Shown here: positions 27,652-39,953 of the stretch, one piece after another
Layout of the letters: each line of letters begins with the position of its first letter
Numbering within the stretch: the first letter of the stretch is position 1
Source: Octopus vulgaris
Taxonomy: Eukaryota
DNA: 64,000 nt
Direction of reading: 5' to 3'
Assembly: GCA_951406725.2 (NCBI GenBank)
Contig: OX597825.1
Location: 19,220,001 to 19,284,000, forward strand
Made by a program: the position numbers and the translations under genes
The notes under the pieces: generated by a model
The model's input: only the letters and a program-made list of their open reading frames with translations
Database searches by the model: none
Told to the model about the DNA's origin: nothing

Positions 27652-27870
27652 TGTGTGTGTTTGTGTGTCTGTGTTTGTCCCCCTAGCATTGCTTGACAAC
27701 CGATGCTGGTGTGTTTATGTCCCCGTTACTTAGCGGTTCGGCAAAAGAGACCGATAGAATAAGTACTGGGCTTACAAGAAAGAATAAGTCCCGGGGTCGA
27801 GTTGCTAGATTAAAGGCGGTGCTGCAGCATGGCCGCAGTCAAATGACTGAAACAAGTAAAAGAAAAAAAT
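27406..27870 (+). mobile_element. Family-B CORE-like SINE, full length, internal (TA)n(TG)n
   Basis: Head GGCGT…GTGGCTGTGTGGTAAG…GGTTCAGTCCC (box A/B-like), then CORE-like GGCACCTTGGGCAAGTGTCTT, an internal microsatellite at about 27570-27670, and the 3' end CAGCATGGCCGCAGTCAAATGACTGAAACAAGTAAAAG. Confidence 0.92.
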
Positions 27871-28044
27871 ATACTTAATCCTTGTGATAGACCTGTATAT
27901 AGAGTATTATCTACATGACCATATTCGCATGTAAACTTGTATTTATATATTTATATTCCTATCATTGTACATTGTGTATGAGTGTGGGTGCGTGTGTGTA
28001 TGTGCATGAGTGTATGTTTGCGTAAATATATACATAGGTATATG

Positions 28045-28790
28045 ACTGCCAGACAACTTGCACATGCAAGTTCTACCAGTCGAGAACTCCGTATGCCGGA
28101 AGCCAGCAAGTGCATGGGGTCATCAGAAGAGAATGCGCGCCGTTTCGGTGCCTCTCGAAGGTATCAATGCGCACCTCTCTCTGATATGATGCCCCGCTTG
28201 CTAGATTAACTGGTAGTTTAAATATAGCTCAATATGCCTCTAGCCATCGCTCTCGTCTCTTTTAAATCAAATCCAGTGGCTAGCCTTCACTGTAGTTTGG
28301 ATATCGGTCATGGTGGTATTACCTTACGATGACTTAGGTCTAACGATAACAACAGTCGTCTCATATTGTGTCCAACAAATCCTCTACATCTGACTTCGAT
28401 TGGAAAATGCTTCGCTTTCCAGCCTGCGTCTTCACATTCCTCGAGGAGGTTTACAGAACGGTCAATCTCTTAAGCCCAAGCGGCGACCATGTTATCTTTC
28501 TGAGGAACCGTCAACTCGACTAAATTTACAACTTTATTTCCTTCACACCACAGGAAAATGTCCGGTTTTTTCGTAACCGAGATTGGAAAGAGTCCCTGGC
28601 ACCCTGTTAAATCTGCAGTCATCTCCCAATAGTCATCTCCCAAGATGTCATCACTCTCTGTTTCTGCTTTCCACATCCTGGCTGTTTCCACCTCTGGTGG
28701 GTTACGCCTGATTTCCATGTCCTTCGATTCTCTCAGCATCATCACCGTCCGTATCTTCCCCAGTTTATATATTTCTACTAATAACGCTAG
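28045..28790 (-). mobile_element. 3' fragment of an RLE-type non-LTR retrotransposon (Hero/NeSL-like) with structured 3' UTR
   Basis: Minus strand reads KKPDIFLWCEGNKVVNLVELTVPQKDNMVAAWA*…LLEECEDAGWKAKHFPIEVRCRGFVG. This is a PD-(D/E)xK restriction-like endonuclease with the ELTVP and PIEVG/CRGF signatures typical of Hero-clade elements. The in-frame stop shows decay. Confidence 0.85.
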
Positions 28791-29059
28791 TGGTAACTGC
28801 AACGAACCTCTTTTACGATAAAGAGCTGAACTGTTCAACATCATAGTTAGGTACTTTCAACGGTTTTTTTCTCACTTTTGTTAAGATCAATTTGGTTCGT
28901 TATAACATTGAAGATAACCTTAAGGACCAGATTATGTCTCCATGTATACCTGTTCAATGCCTATGAACAGATGGAAATAATATGTTTACATATATTCACA
29001 CACTTGCGTGGACGAACACAGATGCAGACAAAGACACATAGGTACATACATATAAATTT

Positions 29060-29436
29060 ATGATGGGCTTCTTTCAGTTTCCATCTACCAAATCTACTCA
29101 CAACGATTTCGTCTACCCGAGGCCGTAGGAGAAGACACCTGCTGAAGGGGCCACGCAGTGGGACTGAATCCGGAACCATGTGGATGTGAAGCATGTTCCT
29201 TACCACAGAGCCACGTCTGCACCTACTCTTTTACTCTTTTACTTGTTTCAATCATGTGACTGTGACCATGCTAGAGCACCGCCTTTAGTCGAGCAAATCG
29301 ACCCCTGGACTTATTCCTTGTAAGCCTAGTACTTATTCTATCGGTCTCTTCTGCCAAACCACTAGGGTTACGGGGACGTAAACAAACCAGTATCGGTTGT
29401 CAAGCGATGTTGGTGGGGACAAAAACAGACACACAA

Positions 29437-29473
<37 letters not shown>

Positions 29474-29637
29474 CGACGGGCTTCTTTCAATTTCCGTCTA
29501 CCAAATCCACTCAAAAGGCTTTGGTCGGCCCGAGGCTATAGTAGAAGACACTTGCCGAAGAGGCCACGCAGTGGGACTGAACCTAGAACCATGTGGTTGT
29601 TAAGCAAGCTACTTACTACACAGCCACTCCCACGCCT
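29060..29637 (-). mobile_element. Two tandem family-B SINEs (full copy 29227-29637, 5' half 29060-29223)
   Basis: Both match the reverse complement of 27406-27870. The left copy stops at the internal microsatellite. Confidence 0.88.
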
Positions 29638-30864
29638 ATTAATTATCTTAAAATAAAACTTTATTGCCTTGGGAGAATCATTACCTTAATGTTAATAACA
29701 CATGCATTGGCTCAATCACACCGTTTCAATTAATAGATCATTTAGTTAAACTGTCAGCCGTTTGTTTTACTTTTGCTTGTCTTCAAAGTCTTTTCATTGG
29801 CAATTGCAAACTTTTCGGTGACTTCTCATTTTGCCCGTGTTATTAATATTGTTGTAATGATTCAACCTAGATACAAAAAAAATGTTTCAACACACGAATT
29901 CACATAAAGAATCATTCAAAACAAATACAATAACAAAAAGTTTAAATAAAATCCTTCACCTAAACAATACAGAAATTGTGTCACCCAATCTCATTTAACC
30001 CCACTGAAAATTCTAAATACTTATGCCTATGTAAAAACTCATTATTCTCTTAATTGAAAAAATCTCATTAATTTTGTTTTAAAAAATGGCTTATGATATT
30101 ATATTGTAAAAATAATCGCGGGTTAAAACCTCTCAAAAGAACATGTTTATAAGAATTTTTGATGATTTGCGATAGTTTTTTTTAAATATTTTTGGTGCTA
30201 TATATCCAACCTAATTTTCCTACAACGGTGTAGGTTTCAGAGCAATTGCACGAAAATAATTATAGTAATTCACTGTAGAAAAAAATAATCATACAGAATT
30301 CGTGGAAGAAGTCACGATATTTTCTTCTCCCGGAACGCACAATGTTTCTATATATCAACAAAACCACAAATTATTTTATAACACTAGAATTTTTTTTGCA
30401 TGGAATTAATTAGTTCATTTACTCTTTGCTCAGATACGTAATTACCAAAAATTTCAACAGGCTATTTCTTTCATTTCTCTATTATAGATTTCAGCTATAT
30501 TGCGTTATCTAATATCTTTGAGGGTTTCATGTACACCAAAACAAAAACTGTTCGAGTTGAACTAACATGCACGCATTCTTTTTCCTGTCTGCTTTAGTTT
30601 GTGATAAAACAAACGTATCCTTTCGGGAAAATCAAAATATTGCACAAATATGGAACCAAAAATGAAAGTAAGGTCAACAGGTTGGGTTTGGAACCACATG
30701 TTTTGTAGTTCAGTATTACTATACGAAATCTTGAGTAACTGAAACCTGCCCTGCACATTAGTTGGCTCGTTCCTTAATAGTACTAAACATCAAGTAATTG
30801 TGCGTAATCCTGGATTATGCAAATACATACACACACATATACAAAACATACCCATACTCACTAT

Positions 30865-30943
<79 letters not shown>

Positions 30944-31132
30944 GGGTGACGTGTAAGTGGACATCCATTATGCAAGAAGAAGATCTGCTATGGTCTTACC
31001 ACTAAGAAAGAAATATTCTCAAGAAAATTTAGCAAATGGCAGAACGTAAGCGAGCAAAGATACAAAATATAGATTAATCACAAAGCAGGTTTCGTTGTTA
31101 ATGTATTACGTATTCATTTACGTAATCATCCC

Positions 31133-31171
<39 letters not shown>

Positions 31172-31268
31172 TGACTCGTCCTTGTTTTTTCCTGTCTTTT
31201 TTGTAACGTCTAACTGTCCGGATGCTTTGTTGTCGCCTGTTACATTCTTGTTCCATTTTTTGTTTTCT

Positions 31269-31302
<34 letters not shown>

Positions 31303-31344
31303 GCGTACGTTCACTTATGGTTTCATATATATGTATATATATAT

Positions 31345-31452
31345 GAGTCATTCCTGAGAGTATGAGACCTTCGGGCCATTTGACGTTGGGGAAGTGGAAA
31401 TCACCCATAAGAAATATGGTCACGTGGTGTTCCATTTTCCTGAGGATTTCTT

Positions 31453-31455
<3 letters not shown>
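31345..31455 (-). mobile_element. Isolated APE-endonuclease fragment of a CR1/L2-like LINE between two (TA)n tracts
   Basis: Reads KEILRKMEHHVTIFLMGDFHFPNVKWPEG, matching the APE motif hhhhGDFN.P.h.W. Confidence 0.65.
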
Positions 31456-31511
<56 letters not shown>

Positions 31512-31516
<5 letters not shown>

Positions 31517-32020
31517 CTGTGTGCCGAGTGATATTGTTGTTTTTAGTCGCAAGTTGTAAAATTTTTGCATTTGTGATTAGGGGTATGCTGCAGTCTGTGA
31601 TTTCATCATGGAGAGGAAGTTGGAACAAAGCGCCAGCGTGAAATTTTGCGTTAATATTGGGAAGTCCGCCACAGAAACATCGACCATGCCTCGGCAACAT
31701 TGCAGTGAGGGGACAATGGGTTTTACACAATTTTTCGAGTGGCACAGGCGCTTCAAAAAGGGCAGAATACCCCCTGGGAGACGGTGAGTTACCTGGAAGG
31801 CCTGTTACGAGCGTCAACCCCGGGAATATGGAGAAAATTCATCAGCTTCTACACAAAGGTCGGAGGTGGACAATCAACGACATAGCTGATGTTGTTCGCT
31901 TCTCGTATGTGTCCATACGGGCAATCCTAACGTCTCAGTCAAGCTTTCCCCCGCCTGCTGACCACAGAGCAGAAAGAACATGGCATCGATGTATGTCGCT
32001 TATACTTCGTTTTCGATAGG
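31512..32020 (+). mobile_element. mariner transposase N-terminal relic (frameshifted)
   Basis: From ATG 31608 it reads MERKLEQSASVKFCVNIGKSATET…FFEWHRRFKKGR…GRPVTSVNPGNMEKIHQLLHKGRRWTINDIADVV across frameshifts. These are the paired HTH motifs and GRP linker of mariner transposases. Confidence 0.85.
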
Positions 32021-32038
32021 AGAGTCTATCACCATCAT

Positions 32039-32100
<62 letters not shown>

Positions 32101-34379
32101 CGTGTATGTGTGTATGTGTGCGCGTGTGTTTTTTTGTGTAAATATCGTTTGTGACAGAAGAGCCCGTCATATATATGCACATATATAAGTAGGCGAATAT
32201 ACATACAGGCATAGATATATCAATATCTTATTATCTTGTTGGAAATTAATGGAGCAAGATATACAGAGCAAATCGTGAGCAATAGTTGTTTATCTTCTTA
32301 ATATTCGCTATTACAAAAGAGAACTGCAACAGCATGCAGTGAGAAAATTTGGATGAAAATGGATCAGCCACTGTCACAATGGTAATCTAAACGCTGTTGA
32401 AATCTATTAAAAAGTCATTGTAAATATCCCACGTAATTACAGAGAACAAAATGTACACAAGAAACTGATTTAATTTTGCGAAATATGAAATATCACCGGC
32501 AAAGCTTGATTGTTACACATTAATTAAAAATGCAATATACGAGATAGATAAGGATAGTGATAATACTTGTAAAATTGTGGTGGTAATAATGATAGGGATT
32601 TTACTGCTGTAGAGAAGGAAAAGACCCTAAAAGCAGTGAAAATATTATAGGTATGACAATTAAGAAATAAGGCCAAAATTATATATCACATTTCATCAGT
32701 TACAAAGTTATGAAGATTAGTATTAATAAATAATATCCATGTTGCTTGGAGTGAACGAGAAATTGATATAATAGGTTATCAGTAAAGGCTTAAGAACTGA
32801 GAACAAATAGAAGAGAAAATTCCATGTACAATAGAAGTTAGTTTAGAAAGAAAAAAGAACTGTTGCGATATGAGAGTAGAACGTATCTTTGTATTTTTGT
32901 ATTATCCTAGCAAATGAAAATGCGAGATTAAATGAAGTATTCTTACTGAAAATAGAAGACTGGAAAACATTAAAAGACAATAGATACTTTATGTAGCAAA
33001 CGAGTGAGATAATCCAAATGTCACTTGGCATTTCTTCCAGAAAAATGACGTAACGGTAAATAAATAAACCACGTATATTTTTCAAAGAGGTTTGTAAACA
33101 ATGTAAGCCACAAAACAAAGCATGTTCACATGTAATAGATTAAACTGTATAGCTTGAAAGAAAGAGATTCTTTTAAAACAGCGTTTTCAAAGACTAAAGT
33201 TATGCACAGTTCTATTGAATGATACTATCAACTGTAAAGAAATAGATTCGAAATGATTAAAGGAAAAAGACATTTATTTTCGAATCGATTTTTTTTAAAA
33301 ACCAAGTTACATAAAGAGAAATATGAGTGCATAGAATAATTTTACATGGCGAATGCCATGTTTATATCAACAGAGTATGCTGAATTACATAAAGCGGTCT
33401 GGAACTCATCTAACTTCTCTTTTGAGCGTGTGTAAAATCTCATTCGCCATTTTCGACCAACAAAAGTATGTTGCTATCATCCTTACTCTTGTCTTACGAA
33501 AATCCACCTTTAAAAGATTGTTCTGTCTTGTGACATATGTCTTCTGTTTCCTAGAGTCAAGATCTGTCCCTCTATGTATTCTTGCTTTTGCAGCTAATAC
33601 TACTGTTTTCATTTGCGTTTGTCAAAATAAAAGTGTCTATATGTTCCTTTCTTTTTCTTATTGCTTCATTTTTACATCTCATTAAAAAAAAAAAAATTGC
33701 AGGACATGTATTTTGGGAACTTCCTACGATCCCAACTTCTTCAGAGACCATGCTTAACTATTTTGAAGCTTAGGGCAGGAGAGTAGACTAAATTGGCCAC
33801 AGTGATTATCAGCCCCAGCAAGATTGAAGTCAAAATATTTTTTGGCCCCGTATTTGAACTCAGAACTTAATGGTTCATAAGGAATTATTGTAAGGCCTTC
33901 TTTCTGACTTTCCAACATTATCTTAAACATTAAAATAGCTATATAACAATTTCACAATCGCTCGTTCGGACACGCTGAAGTGGAGATTTCTTTGTTCTCA
34001 TTTTCTGGACATTACGGACAGATTTTACCTTCCTTTCACATCTATACTATACTCCATCACCATATGACGACGCGATCATATCAATAAAACCTAAAATATA
34101 TAAAGTTAAGTATAAATATTAACACTGATTCCAACGTTGACACATACTCCATTTCACTCCATTCAGTCATCAACGTACTTGATTGGAAGTTTTATTTTAC
34201 TAACAATGGGAAAATGAAAGATTAGTTTAACGCAGCAAGATTAGGCTCAACGTTATTAATAATAATAATAGTCTCTCGTGCCAAATAAGACGATTCTTCA
34301 ACTTGCTTCTGAACAATCTCAACCGATCATTTGTTTTATAGTGATCATGAGTTTATGCTGTATATTAGTGCAATCCCTC

Positions 34380-34544
34380 CATCAAATCGATGTTGACTGT
34401 ACAGGTGCACGGTATCCGACACAACAAATGTCAACGTGATCGCAGAGCAGCATGAAATGAAGTGTTTTGCTCAAGAGCACAACACAGCATCCGGTCGGAG
34501 AACAGAAACCACGATATTATGATTGCAAGTACGATACTCTAACC
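34380..34544 (-). mobile_element. Degenerate family-D SINE cut by the hAT insertion
   Basis: AAGTGTTTTGCTCAAGAGCACAAC is the reverse CORE-like motif. The tRNA head stops at CTCTAACC, exactly where the hAT terminus CAGAGG begins. Confidence 0.55.
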
Positions 34545-35640
34545 CAGAGGTGTTTTAATTTTTTTTTACTACCACGCCTCTACTAGGAAATTTTCCTTCT
34601 CTCCACGCCCTCCTTGCGTCTATGAATAAGGTTCCCTCCCACATTTTAAATAAAATCTAAATTATGCTTTAAGACGTTTTATTGAATATGTATTAGTCAC
34701 ATTATACAACATATGTATAATTTTATATATAATCACATTGTACAAAAAGTGAGATACTTGACAGTGCTTCATAACAAAAAATGTATTTCTTATTGAATTT
34801 GAATTAGTCACATTATTATTGAGATTCTTGACGCTGCTTCTTAGCTACAATATTTTGAATGCATGGTTGAATGCCAAAGAGAGCACAGAGTAATTCACTT
34901 TAAACGTTGAGCTTCTTTCTGTACTTGGTCTTGACAGCAACGAGCGTGGAAAATGCAGCTTCACAAAGATGTGTGGATCAAAACATAGCTAAAATCCGAA
35001 GCCTGATGTGAGATCAGAGGATAAATAGGAAGGTACTTGGGCCAAAACGTTTCAAGATCTACTTCTTGGAAGTCTTCTTTAGCTGGGGAGTTGAACTTCA
35101 GCACAAGAAACTCCTCTTGCACTTCATCCAAAGAGAAGTTTTCGATAGTGAAATCAGAGAAAATTTGTTTGCACTAACTTTCACCAGAACGAGTTCTGCT
35201 GCAAGGAGTAGATTTGGTTTTATGAGAGACTCTCCCATGATATGGCTCTTCCTGCTCTTTGCAATCAACATGGCGATCTCATGGGAAGCCTCAACAAACC
35301 TTAAAGTTTGTTGCTGAAATGCCCCACTACTGTCCAACTTAGAAAGCTTCAAGGAATGTCTTTTTGTTTCAAGGAATGCCTTGAGCTTGTCTACAAGAGC
35401 AGGATGTGATGTCCTCAAGTAGCGTTCAAAGCATGAGGGTTGCATTCCACCATTGCTCAAAGTTTTGTAACATATCACACACTAGGGCCATCTGTGTCAC
35501 CCTTTTGGAGGGACACGAATCAAGATCTAATATATTCGTCAAGATACTTCCGTATCTTTGCATTCATTGCGAATTATTTGATGTACAGTGGTCAGCTCAA
35601 ATGTGCGAACTAAAGATAAGGCATGTGTAAGGTAATGTCA
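34545..35640 (-). mobile_element. Internally deleted hAT (Buster/Charlie-like) transposon relic
   Basis: From ATG 35567 it reads MNAKIRKYLDEYIR…CVICYKTLSNGGMQPSCFERYLRTSHP (BED finger)…EASHEIAMLIAKSRKSHIMGESLIKP. It then jumps to the C-terminal dimerisation domain (…LCEAAFSTLVAVKTKYRKKLNV…QESQ*, stop 34816-34818). A CAGAGG terminus sits at 34545; the other terminus was not located. Confidence 0.88.
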
Positions 35641-36296
35641 AGTTAGAATGCTTGGAGTAAAAAATTCTGAAAAAAATTCAAACAAAAAAATAAACTTTTG
35701 AAATAAAGTTAAATTTAAAGAAAAGATATACGAAAAATTTGCACAGTAAAATATTGTATTTATTTGTACGAAAATATGAAAAAAAGATTCTTTAAAAAAG
35801 AAAAGATTTTGCACAGATTTTAGTTTTACCTAGTATTTTCTGTAATATTTAAACCTGAAATTTAGTTTAACATTTGGTTTTATATTATAAATTTTTCTTT
35901 AAAAGAATTACTACGAGTAACCTAAACATTTAATATCAAAAATTTTGCTTATTTAAATTTTTTTTATTTTTCCAATCTATGTTTCAATTTCTTTAAAGAC
36001 TTAATTAAATTGAGGAGTAGTGGAACCTACAACATACTTCTTGTTTTATTTCCTATTTTTAAATATATCCCATTTTTATCTTGCTAAAGTTAAAAAATAT
36101 TTTTCAATGTTTTAAATTAAGCTAATATTGCTTAGCATGTTACTATAATGATTTGATAATATTTTCAGCATTTCTCTTGATTTTTAAAAATCACATTATT
36201 TCATATATATGAAAATTGCGGATTAAACTTGTTTATAATTTATTAACTGAAAAAAGATGGTTGTATTTACACGATAATAATATCTAAGCTTTATAC

Positions 36297-36433
36297 AGTG
36301 GTTCTTAACCTGAGTCTCGTGACAAAAATAATTACAAAATAAAGGCAAATGTTAAAACTACAATTCAGAATTAGAGACGGTTTTGAGGGATATAACGGGT
36401 GTCTATATGTATGGAAAATGTTAAGCAGCGCTA
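36297..36433. mobile_element. Small hAT-type MITE (degenerate)
   Basis: Left end CAGTGGTTCTTAACCT and right end ATGTTAAGCAGCGCTA form an imperfect Charlie-like TIR pair. Confidence 0.45.
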
Positions 36434-37962
36434 AGATAGTAGGATAAGAAAACTAAAGGTATAAGGTAAATACTTTTGCATTTTTTCATAAATGTCCCAT
36501 TATTTGACCATGCTCTCGTTAAGAGACTAACAAATATAACCAGAAAGCCTCACGCCACTCTTGAAAATTATTGGGCGCCCTCCCCCAATGAAACTCCTTC
36601 ACAAGGTGTAAAAGACGTAGCTAAATGCAATCCATCGTAAAATGTTATATGACCAACAATATTCGAAGTTATTCCTTTGTCGAAATAAACGCTTAACCTC
36701 CTGAGTAATCTGGTCAAATCGTCCTAGAATAGTATGATGAGGCTGAATATTTAAATTATTTTTAAACATTCTTAGATATCACAACGATACATCATAGTTA
36801 AGGTTGTTTATATTACATAAAAGTTATTGTCAACATTGCTAGGAATACACGCTTTAGCGAATTATAACCGACCCTGCATGGCGTAATACAGTTGAAATAC
36901 ATTATAGCGCAAAAAAGACACTTCCTAGATTATCGAATCTGTAAAGTCATCGATCAGTTGTGAAGTCAATCAGGGGTTAAATAACAGCTACTTCTTATAT
37001 CAATATTGCCATGTTCACCGGATATGACTACAGGGTTAACACTTTTTTTAACATTAGAAAACAACTAATTACTCACCAAAGCTGCATCGTAAAGTAGAAG
37101 ACGAAGGGTCAGTAATTGTCAACTTAATTTAAAATTTTCTTGATTACTCAGAATTAGGATACTAAATAATACAAGATATTTACTCCAGAATTCTTAATTG
37201 GATATCTTAAAAATTAAGGATATTATCTAGGACAAGATATAACACATGGAGTGAAGTGCAGCAGAAACCACGCGAAAACAGAATAAAGAATACATATTAA
37301 AATGAATACACTTGTTAGTACGACTGGGCTAAACTTTATTGAAAAAATTGTGGCTTTGATAGACAAGGCGCCGGTTGAAAAACAAAGTATTTCTATTAAG
37401 ATAGTCTCGTATATGAAATAATGATTTTTATTCCAATGATATTGCTGTAGGTTACTATGTCTTGCACACATCAATATTCATCTAGGAATCGATCGAATTG
37501 ATTACTAATAATTTGGGAAAATATTTTCCGACCTCTTCGAAGCATCAATATCAAAACAAATACTAATATTTATTATTTTTTTTTCATCTTAGAATAAAAA
37601 CAAAAGAAGAAATGATATGAAATAACTAAGTTGTTGAAAATATCGATTAGTTCACAAAAGCATTCAGGTGGAAAGAAACACTATATGGTTCAAAACAAAA
37701 AAGAATCAAACACAAAAATCTTATAGCTGGACACAAATCCACTAAATTTAAAATATATGAAAGAATAGCGTCAACTCCTGAAGATAAAGAAACGAACACC
37801 TTAGTGGCAAGTAAACGTCAGGACTATACAATAATATTTCATACTAAGGAGTTAAGAAATGAGGCATAAACTACTGATAGTAATAATCATGTTCATCTGT
37901 ATCATCATGCTCTTGTGTTTTTTCTCTTTATTTCAACTTTGCTGTTTTGATCGTATGTATGA

Positions 37963-38278
37963 GGTCATTTAACCCTATTATCTCCCCTGATTTCGCTCTT
38001 GCGTCTCCCGTTTGATCTTTGACTTCTGGCCGAAATCAGATTGCCATGTTGATTCGCTAGCCTCTGCACGCATTTTTTTTCTCTCCTTCTTCCTGTGTTT
38101 TTTCTCTGTGTATCTTTCTGTAGAAGAGCGTAGGCTCGAAACGTTAAAGACTTGTTTTATTTATATTTCCTGAGCGCCATACTAATACAATTGTTTGTTT
38201 GTATTCCACCTGCCTTCGTCTTTTGTTTATTTCCGTAAACCTGCCTTCGTCTTTTGTCTATTTTCATGAAGCTTCCCG

Positions 38279-38280
<2 letters not shown>
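37963..38280 (+). mobile_element. Solo 3' terminal repeat of the Penelope-like element, with hammerhead-like motif
   Basis: Close reverse-complement match to 59717-60000. Ends CTTCCCGTT directly into (TA)n and has an extra ~30 bp tandem duplication of CCTGCCTTCGTCTTTTGT. Confidence 0.92.
38113..38150 (+). ncRNA. Minimal type-I hammerhead-like ribozyme, variant core
   Basis: TCTTT-CTGTAGAA-GAGC-GTAG-GCTC-GAAACGTT-AAAGA: stem I TCTTT/AAAGA, stem II GAGC/GCTC, palindromic stem III ACGT. The core has A6 replaced by U. Confidence 0.6.
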
Positions 38281-38334
<54 letters not shown>

Positions 38335-38359
38335 TATAATTATATATGTATGTATATAC

Positions 38360-38390
<31 letters not shown>

Positions 38391-38449
38391 CACACATATA
38401 TTTATATATATGTCTGTGTTTGTCTGTGTGTCTGTGTGTGCGTTGAATT

Positions 38450-39185
38450 TGAACTCGGAACGTAAAGATGGATGAAATGCCACTAAGCATTTTTCTGAAC
38501 TTGCTAAAAATTTTGCCACCTCATCTCCTTCAATACTACTTTCATACTGGGCCTAAATTTTAGTACGCGGCAAAAATGTTCACAGGGTCCGGGTGAGTCG
38601 AATACATGGAGCCCAGCGCTCAACTTTAACATATGTTATCGAACCGAAAGGATGTACGGCAAAGTTGATCACGGTGGAATTTGAACTCAGAACATAAAGA
38701 CGTACGTAATGACGCTAAACATTTTTGCCCGCTTGCTAACGATTCTGCCAGCTGGCAGCCTTAACCACTTTTTATGTTGTCAAATACAAGGCGGCAAGCT
38801 GGCAGAAACATTAGCAGGCCGGTCGAAATGCGTAGCCGTATTTCATCTGCCGTTACGTTCTGAGTTCAAATTCCGCCGAGGTCGACTTTGCCTTTCATCC
38901 TTTCCGAGTCGATAAATTAAGTACCAGTTACACACTGGGGTCGATGTAATCGACTTAATACCCATGTCTGTCCTTGTTTGTCCCCTCTATGTTTAGCCCC
39001 TTGTGGGTAGTAAAGAAATAGGTATTTCGTCTGTCTTTACGTTCTGAGAACAATTTCGGCCGAGGTTGACTTTGCCTTTCATCCTTTCGGGGACAATTAA
39101 ATAAGTACCAGTTACGCACTGGGGTCGATGTAATCAAAGAGTCCCCTCTCAACAAATCTGAGGCCCTGTGAACAGCGAGGTATAA
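38450..39185. mobile_element. Cluster of family-A SINEs (minus: ~38450-38530, ~38550-38760; plus: ~38790-39010, ~39021-39185)
   Basis: The plus copy begins GGCGGCAAGCTGGCAGAAAC…GAGTTCAAATTCC and contains GTCGACTTTGCCTTTCATCCTTTC…GATAAATTAAGTACCAG. The other pieces match it on either strand. Confidence 0.85.
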
Positions 39186-39263
39186 CTACAGTAGATATTC
39201 TGATTGATACGGTGAGAGAGTAATACCAAGTGAGTCTATGGATGTATGCAAATATATTAATAG

Positions 39264-39296
<33 letters not shown>

Positions 39297-39298
<2 letters not shown>

Positions 39299-39688
39299 CG
39301 CAGGAGTGGCTGTGTGGTAAGTAGCTTGCTTACCAACCACATGGTTCCGGGTTCAGTCCAACTGCGTGGCATCTTGGGCAAGTGTCTTCTGCTATAGCCT
39401 CGGGCCGACTAATGCCTTGTGAGTGGATATGGTAGACGGAAACTGAAAGAAGCCTGTCGTATATATGTATATATATATATATATTTATATATATGCATAC
39501 ACTTTCTGTTTAAGATTTATTGTAGTGTACATAAATATTATTCTTGAGTGGCTGTGTGGTAAGTAGTTTGCTTACCAACCATATGGTTCCGGGTTCAATC
39601 CCACTGGGCAGGTGTCTTCTACTATAGGCTCGGGCCGATCAAAGCCTTGTGAGTAGATTTGGTAGACGGAAACTGAAAGAAGTCCGTC

Positions 39689-39727
<39 letters not shown>

Positions 39728-39953
39728 ATATATATGTGTGTGTGTGTGTGTGTGCGTGTATGTCTGTGTTTGTACCCCCAACATTGCTTGACAACCGATA
39801 CTAGTGTGTTTACGTTCCCGTAACCTAGCGGTTCGGCAAAAGATACCGATAGAATAAGTACTAGGCTTACAAAGTCCTGGGGTCTATTTGCTCGACCAAA
39901 AGTGGTGCTCCAGCATGGCCACAGTGAAATGACTGAAACAATTAAAATAGTAA
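39297..39953 (+). mobile_element. Two family-B SINEs (5' half 39297-39460; near-full copy 39546-39953)
   Basis: Both match 27406-27870. The first ends at the internal (TA)n. Confidence 0.9.

Noticed and set aside
35098-35478. Host ZBED/FAM200-like domesticated gene
   Set aside because: Stops, frameshifts and loss of the catalytic core show a dead hAT copy.
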